Notes under the pieces: model-generated
Told to the model about the DNA's origin: nothing
The model's database searches: none
Seen by the model: only the letters and a program-made list of their open reading frames with translations
Made by a program: the position numbers and the translations under genes
DNA from: an uncultured virus (IMG/VR IMGVR_UViG_3300028591_000018)
Taxonomy: Duplodnaviria > Heunggongvirae > Uroviricota > Caudoviricetes
Reading direction: 5' to 3' (one strand)
Virus record (IMG/VR): IMGVR_UViG_3300028591_000018
Length of the DNA: 64,000 nt
Shown here: positions 49,938 through 59,848 of the stretch, piece by piece
Layout of the letters: every line of letters starts with the position of its first letter
Numbering within the stretch: position 1 is the first letter of the stretch

Positions 49938-50388
49938 TATTATTCCTCCGACAAAATTTCAATCAGCTCTCTTTTTGCTTCCTTATCTTCTAATCGCTTC
50001 AGCCGTTTATCCAGTTTATCGATAACATCAAGAATGATGAAACCAGCACAGGCCATAAAGATCATCCCCCATCCGCTCATCTTAAAATTACGCTGGATGT
50101 TATTGTTGATTTGATCCTGTACAGCCACTGAATCTTTCAGATACTGAATATCTTTTCCCAACTGGAAACTGTCGCGTGCTTTTTTAAATCCCATCATTTT
50201 TCCTCAACTTTCTCAAACAGCAATTCAAAAATATCTTTATTTGCCGGATAGATTCGGCCATTTTGATCTTTGATCAAATAGTTTCCGCCCGGCACATGAA
50301 GCTTTTGCATATTAACAGTGATCACTACATCCTGTTCAAGATGCTCGGCTTCAAGCTGCACCTGTTTTGTTTTGTAAATATCAATCAT

Positions 50389-50937
50389 TCAGACCTCACT
50401 TGTCGAGTTCAGGTACCAGGTCATTTGGCACCAGATTTCAACATTTCTTAAATCTTTTTTACAATTCGCTATAGTAAACAGGCCTCCTCTTCCGTTGGCT
50501 TCGTACTTACGATCCAACATGCGCTCTATAATTCTGTCTACATATTCCGCATCAAATTTGTCATCTGTCATTCCGCCGAGATTCATGTTGGTAATCATCT
50601 TCCAGAACCATCGCCAGGTCCTGTCGCCATAATCAAAGTCCTGCATAAGCTCGGTTTCGCATCGAATTGAGAGCGCCACCAGCATTTCCAGAACCGAACA
50701 AGGCCGAATATCAATTTCCTGTTCGATTCTGTACCGCGGCACTCTCACTTCTGATCCGAATCTGTACCGCAGGTTTATCCCGTCAATAAAACGGTTTTCA
50801 TCCAGCGGCAGCAGATAAACAAAATCAATTTGATGTAAATGAAAAAGAAGCTCGTGGTATTCGAGCTTCTCAACGTATCCATCACTGCAGACGAGATCAT
50901 AGAGCCACTCAAAATATTGGTGCTCTAAATCCCGCAT
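50389..50937 (-). CDS. Hypothetical protein
   Basis: 182-aa ORF with GGAGG RBS (YFEWL, DENR..DG, CSVLEML). Confidence 0.7.
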   Translation of the reverse strand: MRDLEHQYFEWLYDLVCSDGYVEKLEYHELLFHLHQIDFVYLLPLDENRFIDGINLRYRFGSEVRVPRYRIEQEIDIRPCSVLEMLVALSIRCETELMQDFDYGDRTWRWFWKMITNMNLGGMTDDKFDAEYVDRIIERMLDRKYEANGRGGLFTIANCKKDLRNVEIWCQMTWYLNSTSEV

Positions 50938-50947
50938 GGTTTACCTC

Positions 50948-51640
50948 CTACAGTGAGAAATTGGCAAGTGTTTCATCTCTCAGAAAAACAGCATAATCCG
51001 TTTCCTGACGATTGTTCCTGACAAATACTGCATCTGCTTCATATACGCCGAATTCATTCAATGCATCATCACCGATCGCAGCATGAACATCTTCGATCAC
51101 GTTTCCTTCATCATCTACCAGATTCCGATCCCGCAGATAATATAAATTAATCTGATCATAGGAAGGGATATCTCCGAATTCCTGCGGACTGATCAGTTCA
51201 ATATCATCATAGGCAGTTGCCAGAGATTCCAGTTCTTCATCCGGGACCTCGTTCTTTACCGGTTCTTCATTCTTTTTTCCGGAATAGCTAATGTAATGTT
51301 CATTTTCAACGATTCCGCGATGAAAGGCCATCAGATCCGGCTTTTCCCGGGCCTTGCTGGCATTGTCAAGAATCTTTTTGCTGATATCAGTCAGGGCTTT
51401 CTCATCAAGATCTTTAGAATCTTCGTCATTACTTTCTTCAAAAAGTTCATAATTATGCTCTCTTTCCTGGAACGACTGCTCAATACCAATTCTCGCTTCT
51501 TCAATTTCTTCGTTTACGCGTTCCTCAAATTCATCTTCGAGTTTGTCAAGTTTCTTTTTAAAATACACACCGGTTGCAACAACACCGATGCCGCCTCCTG
51601 CTACAAAGAGCAGGATTCCTTTAATAACTTCAGAATTCAT
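50948..51640 (-). CDS. Acidic protein with N-terminal TM
   Basis: Hydrophobic N-terminus, coiled coil, acidic body. Confidence 0.7.
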   Translation of the reverse strand: MNSEVIKGILLFVAGGGIGVVATGVYFKKKLDKLEDEFEERVNEEIEEARIGIEQSFQEREHNYELFEESNDEDSKDLDEKALTDISKKILDNASKAREKPDLMAFHRGIVENEHYISYSGKKNEEPVKNEVPDEELESLATAYDDIELISPQEFGDIPSYDQINLYYLRDRNLVDDEGNVIEDVHAAIGDDALNEFGVYEADAVFVRNNRQETDYAVFLRDETLANFSL

Positions 51641-51881
51641 TATCTCGTTTCCTTTCTTCTTTAATCGTGATCACTGTGACCGACATTCCACCGAATAGTA
51701 AAGACAGACTCATTAACAGACCTCCAAAAAGATGCCGCTTTCTGGAAGTATCGAGAAGCCCGTCCATTATCGACAGAAAATAATCAAGTTTATCGATCAT
51801 AGACACCGCTTTTTAAAACCGCGATTCCGCTGATCATAAAAATCGCGGAAATCGCTCCAAAAGAAAAAGAAATCAGCTTTA

Positions 51882-52829
51882 TCATGCCGCAAACCCTTTT
51901 ACCAGACCCAGATCGGTCATAGGATTCAGCGGATGACAGTTGAAATGAAGCGGAATCACCGGTTCAAGTCCGTTTGCGAAATCCCGTACGATCTGATTAC
52001 TGAAATCATTGATACCGAAATCGATCACATCTTCAAGTCTCGGATCATGCTTATCCCAGAACCATCCCCAGCCGAAACTTTCAGCAGGCGGATTTTTCCC
52101 AAAGTGCTGATAAAGTTCATTCACCATGAAATATCCTTTGGAATAGTCTGTTGCCCGGGACTGCATAATGTCCTGACATTCTCGCTGAATGAGCTTAAGT
52201 ACACTCATATTATTTCCTGGAGTATGCTGATAGTTCGGGTTGGTACGGTCAAATATAAAATCGAACGGCCCGCCGGCACCGGTTTCAACCAGCTTCTGAT
52301 AAATCGGAACTTTCTTGGTTTTGCCGTCTTCACCCACTTCGATTTGAGTGCCGATCTTTTTATTTGTCAAACCGTAAAAAAGATCATTCTCTGCTTCTTC
52401 GCCGACTTTATCACGAACCCTCTCACGATAATTTTCCAGCTGCTGTGTCAGGACCATCGCCGTAGATGCCAGTGCAGCATTACGTTTCACCATAATGCCA
52501 TGACTGTACCAAATGGCGACGATCGACAAAATTTCCAGCAAAAGCGGGATCCAAAACACTTTCAAATAACGCCAGGCGCTTTTTCCGCCGATTTTAATAC
52601 AATTAGCAACATGTTTCTTACGGTCAGGTTCTTCTTCATTTTCATAGCGGGTCTGCTCTTCTTCAAGCTCCGCATGATTTTCTTCTGTTGCTGCTTCTGC
52701 TTCTTTCATTTTTGAGCAGGCTGTGATCAGCGCAGCAACACCCAAAATAATGCCGCCGGCTGTTAAAATTTCAGGACTTGCCTGCTTCAAGACAAGTCCC
52801 GCTTTCGATAAAATTACTTTTACGTTCAT
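51882..52829 (-). CDS. DUF6353-like membrane-anchored protein, paralog 1
   Basis: SPEILTAGGI; two hydrophobic segments; YRERV..G.E.E; GWGW. Confidence 0.7.
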   Translation of the reverse strand: MNVKVILSKAGLVLKQASPEILTAGGIILGVAALITACSKMKEAEAATEENHAELEEEQTRYENEEEPDRKKHVANCIKIGGKSAWRYLKVFWIPLLLEILSIVAIWYSHGIMVKRNAALASTAMVLTQQLENYRERVRDKVGEEAENDLFYGLTNKKIGTQIEVGEDGKTKKVPIYQKLVETGAGGPFDFIFDRTNPNYQHTPGNNMSVLKLIQRECQDIMQSRATDYSKGYFMVNELYQHFGKNPPAESFGWGWFWDKHDPRLEDVIDFGINDFSNQIVRDFANGLEPVIPLHFNCHPLNPMTDLGLVKGFAA

Positions 52830-52837
52830 ACAACCCC

Positions 52838-53446
52838 TTATTCATCTTCTTCAATTGGTCTTGGTTCCGGAAGATTCAAATAATATCTTCCGTCTTTTGC
52901 ACGAAATGCTGAGGCTTTATCCAAATTCGCCCAGCCATATTTCACATCTGCCCAGGTTTGATCCACACCGGCATATGAGCACAAATCACTGATCGTAACA
53001 GTTCCGTACTCACGAATATCACTCCGCAGATCAGTCAGGACTTTTTCTGCTTCTCTGCGGCTGTCAAAGCTGATGTCTTTATATGTCAGCACTTGACCGG
53101 ACTCGTAGTTACGATTGTATCCGCTGCGTTTATTTCCATTTTGATAACTTTTGCTGTAGCTGGTATAAGATCCGCTATGTTTATATCGATCCGGCAGCGT
53201 GCTGCGATATGTGCCGTCCGGAGATTTGAACATACTGTAAATCAGACTGCTGCATACTTCGTTCAACCAGTCCAATGTGTTCGGTATGACTATTTCGGTG
53301 ACAAAATTATCTTTAATTTCATGATAATTTTTCACGATCACTTCATCATAGATCGTCCGGAAAATGCTCCGCCGGCCGGAAGTTACTTTTCCCTGGGCGA
53401 CCGGTTTAATTTCCCGGTCATTCTTATTCGGGACATTTTCGCTCAA
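52838..53446 (-). CDS. Hypothetical protein
   Basis: FDSRREAEKVL..YG..TISDL..KYGW..LPEP; this C-terminus resembles that of the DUF6353-like proteins. Confidence 0.65.
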   Translation of the reverse strand: MSENVPNKNDREIKPVAQGKVTSGRRSIFRTIYDEVIVKNYHEIKDNFVTEIVIPNTLDWLNEVCSSLIYSMFKSPDGTYRSTLPDRYKHSGSYTSYSKSYQNGNKRSGYNRNYESGQVLTYKDISFDSRREAEKVLTDLRSDIREYGTVTISDLCSYAGVDQTWADVKYGWANLDKASAFRAKDGRYYLNLPEPRPIEEDE

Positions 53447-53525
53447 TGCTCCTCCTTTTCTTTAATTAAAAAAAATAAGAGGAGAAGAATCTTTCGATTC
53501 AACCCCTCTATAAGATCACCGGAAA

Positions 53526-53924
53526 TTATTTCTTCCGGTTTTTATTATTCAATAATCGGGCATGCGCCCGCTGAAGGGCACTGGGCCCTTCGTCACCAGC
53601 AGTTTCCTGCTGGATTTCAGTATTCATTGCAGCCGGTGCAGTTGCTACCGGATCTGCATTTTCTTCTTTCGCCCGTCTTTCACGGGCTTTGTCTGCAACC
53701 TTAATGGCCGCAGGCTCCACAACTTTTCGGAAGAGCCATTTAAGGCCCTCCCAAATTCCAACGCTCAGCGCGAAGCCGAGCGCCCCTCCCAGGGCAACCT
53801 GCCCTGGTGTAATTTCGGCATATTCGTCCTCAGTATTAACTGGGACGATCTGATTGTTCCCCTCAACGGGGACTTCGATCATCGGGACGTTAGTCCCGTT
53901 TGTATAGTTGGAATTTTCTTCCAT
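53526..53924 (-). CDS. Single-TM cassette protein
   Basis: Own promoter and hairpin; AGAAAGGA RBS; downstream terminator. Confidence 0.7.
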   Translation of the reverse strand: MEENSNYTNGTNVPMIEVPVEGNNQIVPVNTEDEYAEITPGQVALGGALGFALSVGIWEGLKWLFRKVVEPAAIKVADKARERRAKEENADPVATAPAAMNTEIQQETAGDEGPSALQRAHARLLNNKNRKK

Positions 53925-53981
53925 TTTTGTTTCCTTTCTTTTTTTTTTTCAAAAAATAAAGAGCAGATAATCCATGTCTGC

Positions 53982-54009
53982 TCTTTAAAGCACTTGATTT
54001 TTTCGCGAA
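53982..54009 (-). promoter_or_regulatory. Phage promoter motif copy 9, with GAGCAG hairpin at 53961-53983
   Basis: TTCGCG-AAAAAATCAAGTGC-TTTAAA-GAGCAG. Confidence 0.7.
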
Positions 54010-54015
54010 CCTGAT

Positions 54016-54798
54016 TTAGAGAACTGTAAGACGGTTGCGATAATGATAAATTGCAATATACGGTGTTCCGTTCTTCGTCATACCGGTTGTATAGTCAAAC
54101 ATGATGCTTTGTGATCCGTCAAATTTCCCGGACCGTTTCCAACCGATATTTTCGAAGTTCGTATTGATTCCGAGCAGAGCTTTTGTGTAATCATCGAGAT
54201 AGAGCTCTTCTTCGGTTTCATAAATACCCTGAAGATCCCTTTCGACGGATTTCACATGCTCCATACTGTCATGAAAATATCTTGTGGTAATTGAATCATA
54301 AAACAGCGTGTCCCCATGCCCGGTTTCAATAATTCCGCGGACCGCACCTTCTGTTTCGAACGGATGCTTTTCTACCTGCTTTTCCATAGCAGTATCCCGG
54401 ATCGCCTGTTCTTTTTTATCACCGACGGTTTCCAAGGTCGCATCCATATAATCCTTCAAATATGATTCAGAAAGCGCATATGCAGTGGATAGAGCTGCAT
54501 AGCGCTTTACCATTCGTGTCGTGTTCACCACCAGACATCCGATTGTCAGACCTAAAATAATCACAACAGGAATGAACCTTTTCCACACGACTTTTATTAT
54601 TTCTTTAGGAGTTAATTCCTCAACCCCCATTTCTTCTTTGGCCTCTTCAATATCTTCTGCGGATTCTCTTCCGGCTTTTACAGCCAGAATAACCGCCGAG
54701 ACCATACCGATAATTACAGCACCCGTCGCAATCGGGGTACTGTTTGCTTTTGCCCACATCACAAAATGTTGGGCAAGCGCTTTGATTGGTACTTTCAT
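54016..54798 (-). CDS. DUF6353-like protein, paralog 2
   Basis: NSTPIATG; two hydrophobic segments; FYDSITTRYF; IGW. Confidence 0.7.
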   Translation of the reverse strand: MKVPIKALAQHFVMWAKANSTPIATGAVIIGMVSAVILAVKAGRESAEDIEEAKEEMGVEELTPKEIIKVVWKRFIPVVIILGLTIGCLVVNTTRMVKRYAALSTAYALSESYLKDYMDATLETVGDKKEQAIRDTAMEKQVEKHPFETEGAVRGIIETGHGDTLFYDSITTRYFHDSMEHVKSVERDLQGIYETEEELYLDDYTKALLGINTNFENIGWKRSGKFDGSQSIMFDYTTGMTKNGTPYIAIYHYRNRLTVL

Positions 54799-55149
54799 TT
54801 GTTTCCTCCTACAAAAAATACGCTGAAACTTCATCCGCAGCATCACGCATGTTGCAGAAAAGTTTATGCGCTTCACTGTCCGGATTTGCCTGAGCAGCCC
54901 GGGCGTTCATCCGGTTGATAAAAATATCAATCAGATTGATCAGCTCATCTTCAAATCTATGCTCGATGAGATAATTTTTTAATTCATTCAACCCCTGACG
55001 CTTCTGAGCGATCGTCAGTTCTTTTTCAGGTGAGATCGGATGATCCGGGAAGCTCACCTGAATATCGATATAATTTTCAATGATATCGATAGCAATTCGA
55101 ACATCATTTAAATAGACAGGAGCTTCATCCTCAGGATTGTAGTAGACCA

Positions 55150-55908
55150 TTAAATAATCATCTCCATCGGCCGCGGCATCGGCAGATCAATCACATAATA
55201 TTCAAGGCCGCTTTCATCCGTATCTTTAAAAATATGAGGATAAAGCATACTTACACCATAACGTCTGGTCAGATCATACGAGTCCCATCCGTAAGCAAAA
55301 TACTTTTGGTCCATCGGTTCCCGTACTTTGGCCAGTTTGAAAAATTCAGCCATCTCGCAGCATTCCGGGCCTTTTTCCATTTTTACATTAAGCTCTGAAA
55401 TGGCGTTTGTGACATCTTCAATGCACGAAACAGTAAAAAATGAATCATATCCCGGAAGCATACAGGTGATCCCATCATATTCTTTCGGAGGATCATTATG
55501 AATATTCTCCCGGGTAACTTCTGAGATGATCCGATCATCGCTTTCTTTTCCATTTTGAAAGACGTTATGCTGCCGGTATTGGTTATATGCTGTTGTAACT
55601 CCGGCTGCATATACAGTCAGATCCCTTATCCGGTGATGAGATATCACCGCTGAACTGACAATGCAAAACAATGTAGCCAACAGACAAAGAAAAGAAGGAG
55701 CATAAATTTTGACTAATGTTTTACCCATTTCAAAGCTTTGAGTTTCCTCTTCGGCAGCTTCATTTAATACTTCTGCAGCTTCTTCGGTTTCTTTGATCGT
55801 CAAAATATAAAGTCCGATCAACCCGATTCCTGCGGCTGCACTTAAAAGAAAAGGAACATTCCGCTGAAGGATCTTCAATGCGGCTGCTCCTGCTTTAGCA
55901 AGATTCAT
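55150..55908 (-). CDS. DUF6353-like protein, paralog 3
   Basis: NVPFLLSAAAGIG; two hydrophobic segments; YGW. Confidence 0.65.
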   Translation of the reverse strand: MNLAKAGAAALKILQRNVPFLLSAAAGIGLIGLYILTIKETEEAAEVLNEAAEEETQSFEMGKTLVKIYAPSFLCLLATLFCIVSSAVISHHRIRDLTVYAAGVTTAYNQYRQHNVFQNGKESDDRIISEVTRENIHNDPPKEYDGITCMLPGYDSFFTVSCIEDVTNAISELNVKMEKGPECCEMAEFFKLAKVREPMDQKYFAYGWDSYDLTRRYGVSMLYPHIFKDTDESGLEYYVIDLPMPRPMEMII

Positions 55909-56342
55909 ATCTCCTCCTATGCGGCAAGAACCCGCATACTTTTCAGAATATCTCCCAACCGTTCTCCGTCTGCTTTTCTTCTGTCAAGTTCCCACATCTC
56001 ATATGATGTAAGCTCTCGTTTCAGCGTCCAGTGATGCCCGATTGAATGGTCATAAATATGCGTACGCTGATATTGCTGTTCCCGTTCAATTTTGCTCTTA
56101 CGGAACTTTGTAATGGCCCAGTTTGCACCACCGATAATGGTACTGCCGACAGTAATAACTTCCGGGTTATCAACGCACCACTTTGCAACTTCTTTAACCT
56201 GCTTCACAATCCATTTACATGCTTTCACGAACTTGTTCCAGCACTTTTTCACAAGGTTCTTTACCTTTTTCAATAAATTTTTCATTTGTTTCCTCCTTGA
56301 AAAAATAAAAGTGCAAGCGAAAGCTCACACTTTTTAAAATTA

Positions 56343-56477
56343 TTACTTTTTGCTTCCGCCTTGGAAGCATTTAAGAGCGATTGTCGCTCCTATGACAATT
56401 AAAATAATTGGCCTAATATCGGACCATACGGTCCAGCCAAAACAACATAAAAATAAGGTTACTAATATGCTAACCAT
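56343..56477 (-). CDS. 44-aa two-helix membrane peptide (not in ORF track)
   Basis: MVSILVTLFLCCFGWTVWSDIRPIILIVIGATIALKCFQGGSKK; AAAGGAG RBS; cassette context. Confidence 0.65.
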   Translation of the reverse strand: MVSILVTLFLCCFGWTVWSDIRPIILIVIGATIALKCFQGGSKK

Positions 56478-56529
56478 ATTTTTTTTTCTCCTTTTAACAA
56501 AAAATTAAGAGCAGATCATCTATGTCTGC

Positions 56530-56557
56530 TCAATAAAGGAGTTGTAAATTTCGCGAT
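56530..56557 (-). promoter_or_regulatory. Phage promoter motif copy 10, with GAGCAG hairpin at 56509-56531
   Basis: ATCGCG-AAATTTACAACTCC-TTTATT-GAGCAG. Confidence 0.72.
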
Positions 56558-56877
56558 CAGTTTGAGTCTGATTCAAAAACCCGAATTACTTTATAATCAA
56601 AAAGTTTTGCTCCGAGTTCATCAAGTTCATCGGCGGTCAGATTCTTTCCCCGCTTTTCAAACGGGCATGCATAATCAATAGAAGTCATGTACAGTGCGTA
56701 CTGAGCAATATGTGCCGGAAGGGCTCCGATCACATGTTTGCCTTTAATATCATCAATGGTAACGCTGGCTTTTACTTCTCCGGTAATTCCGCGGCGTTTC
56801 AGCCACTCTACAGTACCCTCATGACGGGTCACAATAAGGGTTTCAATTTTAGGGGTTTGCGTATCTGCAACGGTCAT
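56557..56877 (-). CDS. Csx16 (Cas_VVA1548)-like protein
   Basis: LIVTRHEGTVEWLKRRG...VIGALPAHIA...RGKNLTADEL...GAKL matches the Csx16 pattern (S/T)RHxG..EW / VIGxLPxHxA. Confidence 0.75.
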   Translation of the reverse strand: MTVADTQTPKIETLIVTRHEGTVEWLKRRGITGEVKASVTIDDIKGKHVIGALPAHIAQYALYMTSIDYACPFEKRGKNLTADELDELGAKLFDYKVIRVFESDSN

Positions 56878-57531
56878 AAAATCCTCCTTCAGGAATTCAA
56901 ATATTCAAGGTCGCGCTCCCAGTGAAGCGCTAATGCATCTTTGTCAGTCAAACCGATAAACTCGTCATTATCAAAGGTCAATTCATTTGGATAATATGTG
57001 AACAGAAGCGTCCAATCTTCTTTTTCATCATGCCAGATAAAAACACCCATTAAAGATGGGTCTGAAATACATTTTCTGATTTCACATTTAACAATGACGT
57101 CCATGTCCATACTAAATTTCCTTTCTGTCAAATACTGTCTCCCATCGCATTTTCGGGAGCGGTTTCATACGAAGCGCCCACATGATCTGGCGCACAGTAA
57201 CAGTTGGGTAAAGTCCATCCTTACAAGGCTTTGCCCGTTTTTCAAAAAACTCCGGAAAGTTCGGATTCAGATAAATATCTGCAGCCAGATTTCTTCCGAT
57301 TTCACGCCAGTAAGTGCATTTTGTTTGCTGACTGAAGTATTGCCGGATTACAGCAATCCCCCGATCCTTGACCAAATATAATGTGCAGCGGTCATACACC
57401 GGATGCTTACACAAATAAAGCCGGCCATAAACTCCCGGTCCATGGTCGGAAGATTCGTAATGGTATCGCATAATGCCCTAAAAAAAATAAGAGGCTATGC
57501 ACCGAAGTGCACAACCTCTATAAAATATCGT

Positions 57532-58065
57532 TTAACTTCTTTTCTTAAACATTCGATCGAAATCGAATGCATGCCGGGAAATATCTTTCCCCGATGCAGA
57601 GGTGATCGTCTCACCTCCTGCCTCAAACGTGTTCTGGCGCTGCATCAATGCGCCATAACATATGAATGATACTACGGTACCTGCAATGCTCAACAGAGCA
57701 TTGAGGAAACCATTTCTCTTAATAGATTTAACCTCTTCTACCCGAAGAGCAATCTCCTCCTCGCGGCACTGCTTATCGAACTCGATTTTTTCAAGTTCGG
57801 CTTCGGATTTTTTCTTTTCGAGTTCAAGCCGTGTATGTGCGACTTGTACCTCTTTCATCGTTTTTAACGATGAAATCAATTTTTCCGATTTTTCTGGCTG
57901 TTCATCCGAACAAGCCATGGCCTTTTTCAATAGTTCATCCGACGCTTCTGCGTAGATGTCTTCCGGAATTTCAACGATTTCCGGGTTTTCAACAATTTGT
58001 GCCGCTTCTTCAGCGACACTTATTTCATTCACAGATTTATTATTTTTTTGATACTTCTTTCCCAT
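57532..58065 (-). CDS. Coiled-coil protein with C-terminal TM (cassette gene)
   Basis: Own promoter, hairpin and terminator; AAAGGAG RBS. Confidence 0.7.
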   Translation of the reverse strand: MGKKYQKNNKSVNEISVAEEAAQIVENPEIVEIPEDIYAEASDELLKKAMACSDEQPEKSEKLISSLKTMKEVQVAHTRLELEKKKSEAELEKIEFDKQCREEEIALRVEEVKSIKRNGFLNALLSIAGTVVSFICYGALMQRQNTFEAGGETITSASGKDISRHAFDFDRMFKKRS

Positions 58066-58112
58066 TTTTCTCCTTTTTTACAAAAAATAAAGAGCAGATC
58101 ATCCGTGTCTGC

Positions 58113-58140
58113 TCTTTAAAGGCGTTGATTTTCTCGCGCT
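58113..58140 (-). promoter_or_regulatory. Phage promoter motif copy 11, with GAGCAG hairpin at 58092-58114
   Basis: AGCGCG-AGAAAATCAACGCC-TTTAAA-GAGCAG. Confidence 0.65.
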
Positions 58141-58494
58141 CAGTTTTCGTATTTAATTTTTACATCAAATACAGCGCTCAGTGAAAAATCAAGATTTTTC
58201 AGGGTATCCTGATCTTTCAACTCCAGAAGCAACTCTGCTGACCCATCGGAATGCACAATTTTATAAAGTGTTCCGATCGGCTCTGGTTTTACAGATTTTT
58301 TGATCAATCTGCCAATACACCAGCCGATAGCTCCTCCGATCGCAAACCAGATCGGAATCGGCACCGCTATAATGAAATTCTCAATCTCCTGAATCATGAA
58401 AACTCCGTATAAAAACTTTTTTCATTTTTCCTCCCCCGGGAATTTTTGCATTAAGAATATACCATTTTGAATTGTCACCTGAGTACGGAACTTT

Positions 58495-58827
58495 TCAGTC
58501 AGATTCATATCCTCTTTCTATCAGTTCAAGAATTGCATAATTTGCAATATCTTTCAAAGTATCTTCGATGCTTTCATCAGCAACATGCACATCGTGACTA
58601 CTATAAAGCCTTTTCAAACGATTGAGTTTATCGGTGAGACGATAGCAGATTGAATTCGGAAATTCCTTCCGAAGTTCCGCAAAACTGTCGCCATAATCTG
58701 CATTTTTCCGTTCATACAAATCTGTCAGTTCCTTACAGATTTTTTTATGCTTATTAACCTTATTATGTTGTTTACCCATTTCCATTAATTCATCACAGTA
58801 TTTTTTATCATATTCGGTGGTATTCAT
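58495..58827 (-). CDS. DUF1599 / nucleotide-modification-associated domain protein
   Basis: KNADYGDSF, RLTDKLNRL, ESIEDTLKDIANYAIL. Confidence 0.8.
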   Translation of the reverse strand: MNTTEYDKKYCDELMEMGKQHNKVNKHKKICKELTDLYERKNADYGDSFAELRKEFPNSICYRLTDKLNRLKRLYSSHDVHVADESIEDTLKDIANYAILELIERGYESD

Positions 58828-59211
58828 TTTTTCCTCCTCCATTTTGAATGCCCTATTAATGCCGAAACGGTTACTGCTTGTTCTATAATATTCACAAATC
58901 ACATTAAAACACATAGCCAAGCTCCACCAATCCACTGATAATATCATCCAAATGCTCATCTGCAAGCCGTTGAATGGCTCCGCGCATTCGTTCCGGGTCT
59001 TTTTCCATTAAACATTCATACAATTTATTACATAGCCATGCTTTTTCATAGCAATCAATAATCTTCCGGTTAGCTTGTTTTTCCGGTTGATATACCGCAC
59101 GGGAATATGATCCTCTGAGGCCCTTCACAAGCTTCTCGGTAAGCACCACATTGTACTCGTTGATTCGTTGATTTGTGATCGGATTTACTTCATCAACCAT
59201 ATAGATTTTTC

Positions 59212-59535
59212 TCATTTTTTCTGATCCTTTTCATATTGTCGTTTGAAGAATTCAAAAGCCTTGTCGACCGTAAGATAACCGACTACTTCATCACCATATT
59301 CTTCTTCTGTAATATCAAAACCCATCGCTTCCAGAAGTCCGTACTCATGACCATATGAACCCATATTGCACACAACATCCCCACATCCAGGCTTCCTAAG
59401 TTCCCATTTTCCATCTGAGGAATACCGGATCTGTCCGCCAAATATTGGATTATCATCACATAAGAATTCATGCGGAATTCCGGCGATTTCAAGTTCTTCA
59501 TGCAATTTCTGTAACGGTTTAATTAAATCTGTCAT
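59212..59535 (-). CDS. Hypothetical protein
   Basis: MTDLIKP with GGAGG RBS; GSYGHEYGLLEAMG..VVGYLT. Confidence 0.7.
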   Translation of the reverse strand: MTDLIKPLQKLHEELEIAGIPHEFLCDDNPIFGGQIRYSSDGKWELRKPGCGDVVCNMGSYGHEYGLLEAMGFDITEEEYGDEVVGYLTVDKAFEFFKRQYEKDQKK

Positions 59536-59559
59536 TTTACCTCCAATAAGATCCAATAG

Positions 59560-59658
59560 AAAAAAAATAAAAGAAGTTGAACCGAATCGAACGGTTCCAG
59601 GCGGGCAGACAAGACCCGTCGCCCACTCACAAACTTTCGTTTGCTTTAACTTCTTCTC
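59560..59658 (-). ncRNA. tRNA-like small RNA (non-canonical)
   Basis: 8-bp closing stem, GAAA-tetraloop arm, central arm and GAACCG-TTCGATT-CGGTTC T-arm; own promoter (copy 12, 59657-59684) and T tract. Confidence 0.65.
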
Positions 59659-59683
59659 ATTAAAGTCCATGTTAATATTGCGT

Positions 59684-59826
59684 AAAAAATAGCAGGAGAT
59701 GTGTTAACTATAAACTCTACCTGTTGTGCAGCTATCTCACAACAGCAACTTTATAGCAACGGATATCTCCTGCTTAATTTAATGCCAGCTCATTTTTTCT
59801 CCTTTCTTTAAGTGAACTAGCTCCTA
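59684..59826 (-). ncRNA. Small RNA with SD and MSWH minigene (59779-59793)
   Basis: Promoter copy 13 at 59823-59850; AAAGGAG-AAAAA-ATG AGC TGG CAT TAA; long AGCAGGAGAT/ATCTCCTGCT terminator stem. Confidence 0.65.
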
Positions 59827-59848
59827 TTTAGACTATGTTTTTCATGCG

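Noticed and set aside
59571..59655. Canonical tRNA-Asp(GUC) gene
   Set aside because: Lacks D-loop GG, U33, purine 37 and standard arm lengths; kept only as tRNA-like.
59536..59670. N-terminal extension of ORF 59212-59670
   Set aside because: It runs through a promoter, the tRNA-like RNA and a terminator; the RBS-supported start is 59535. The same applies to the extended starts at 26405, 34268, 35933, 61426 and 61804.
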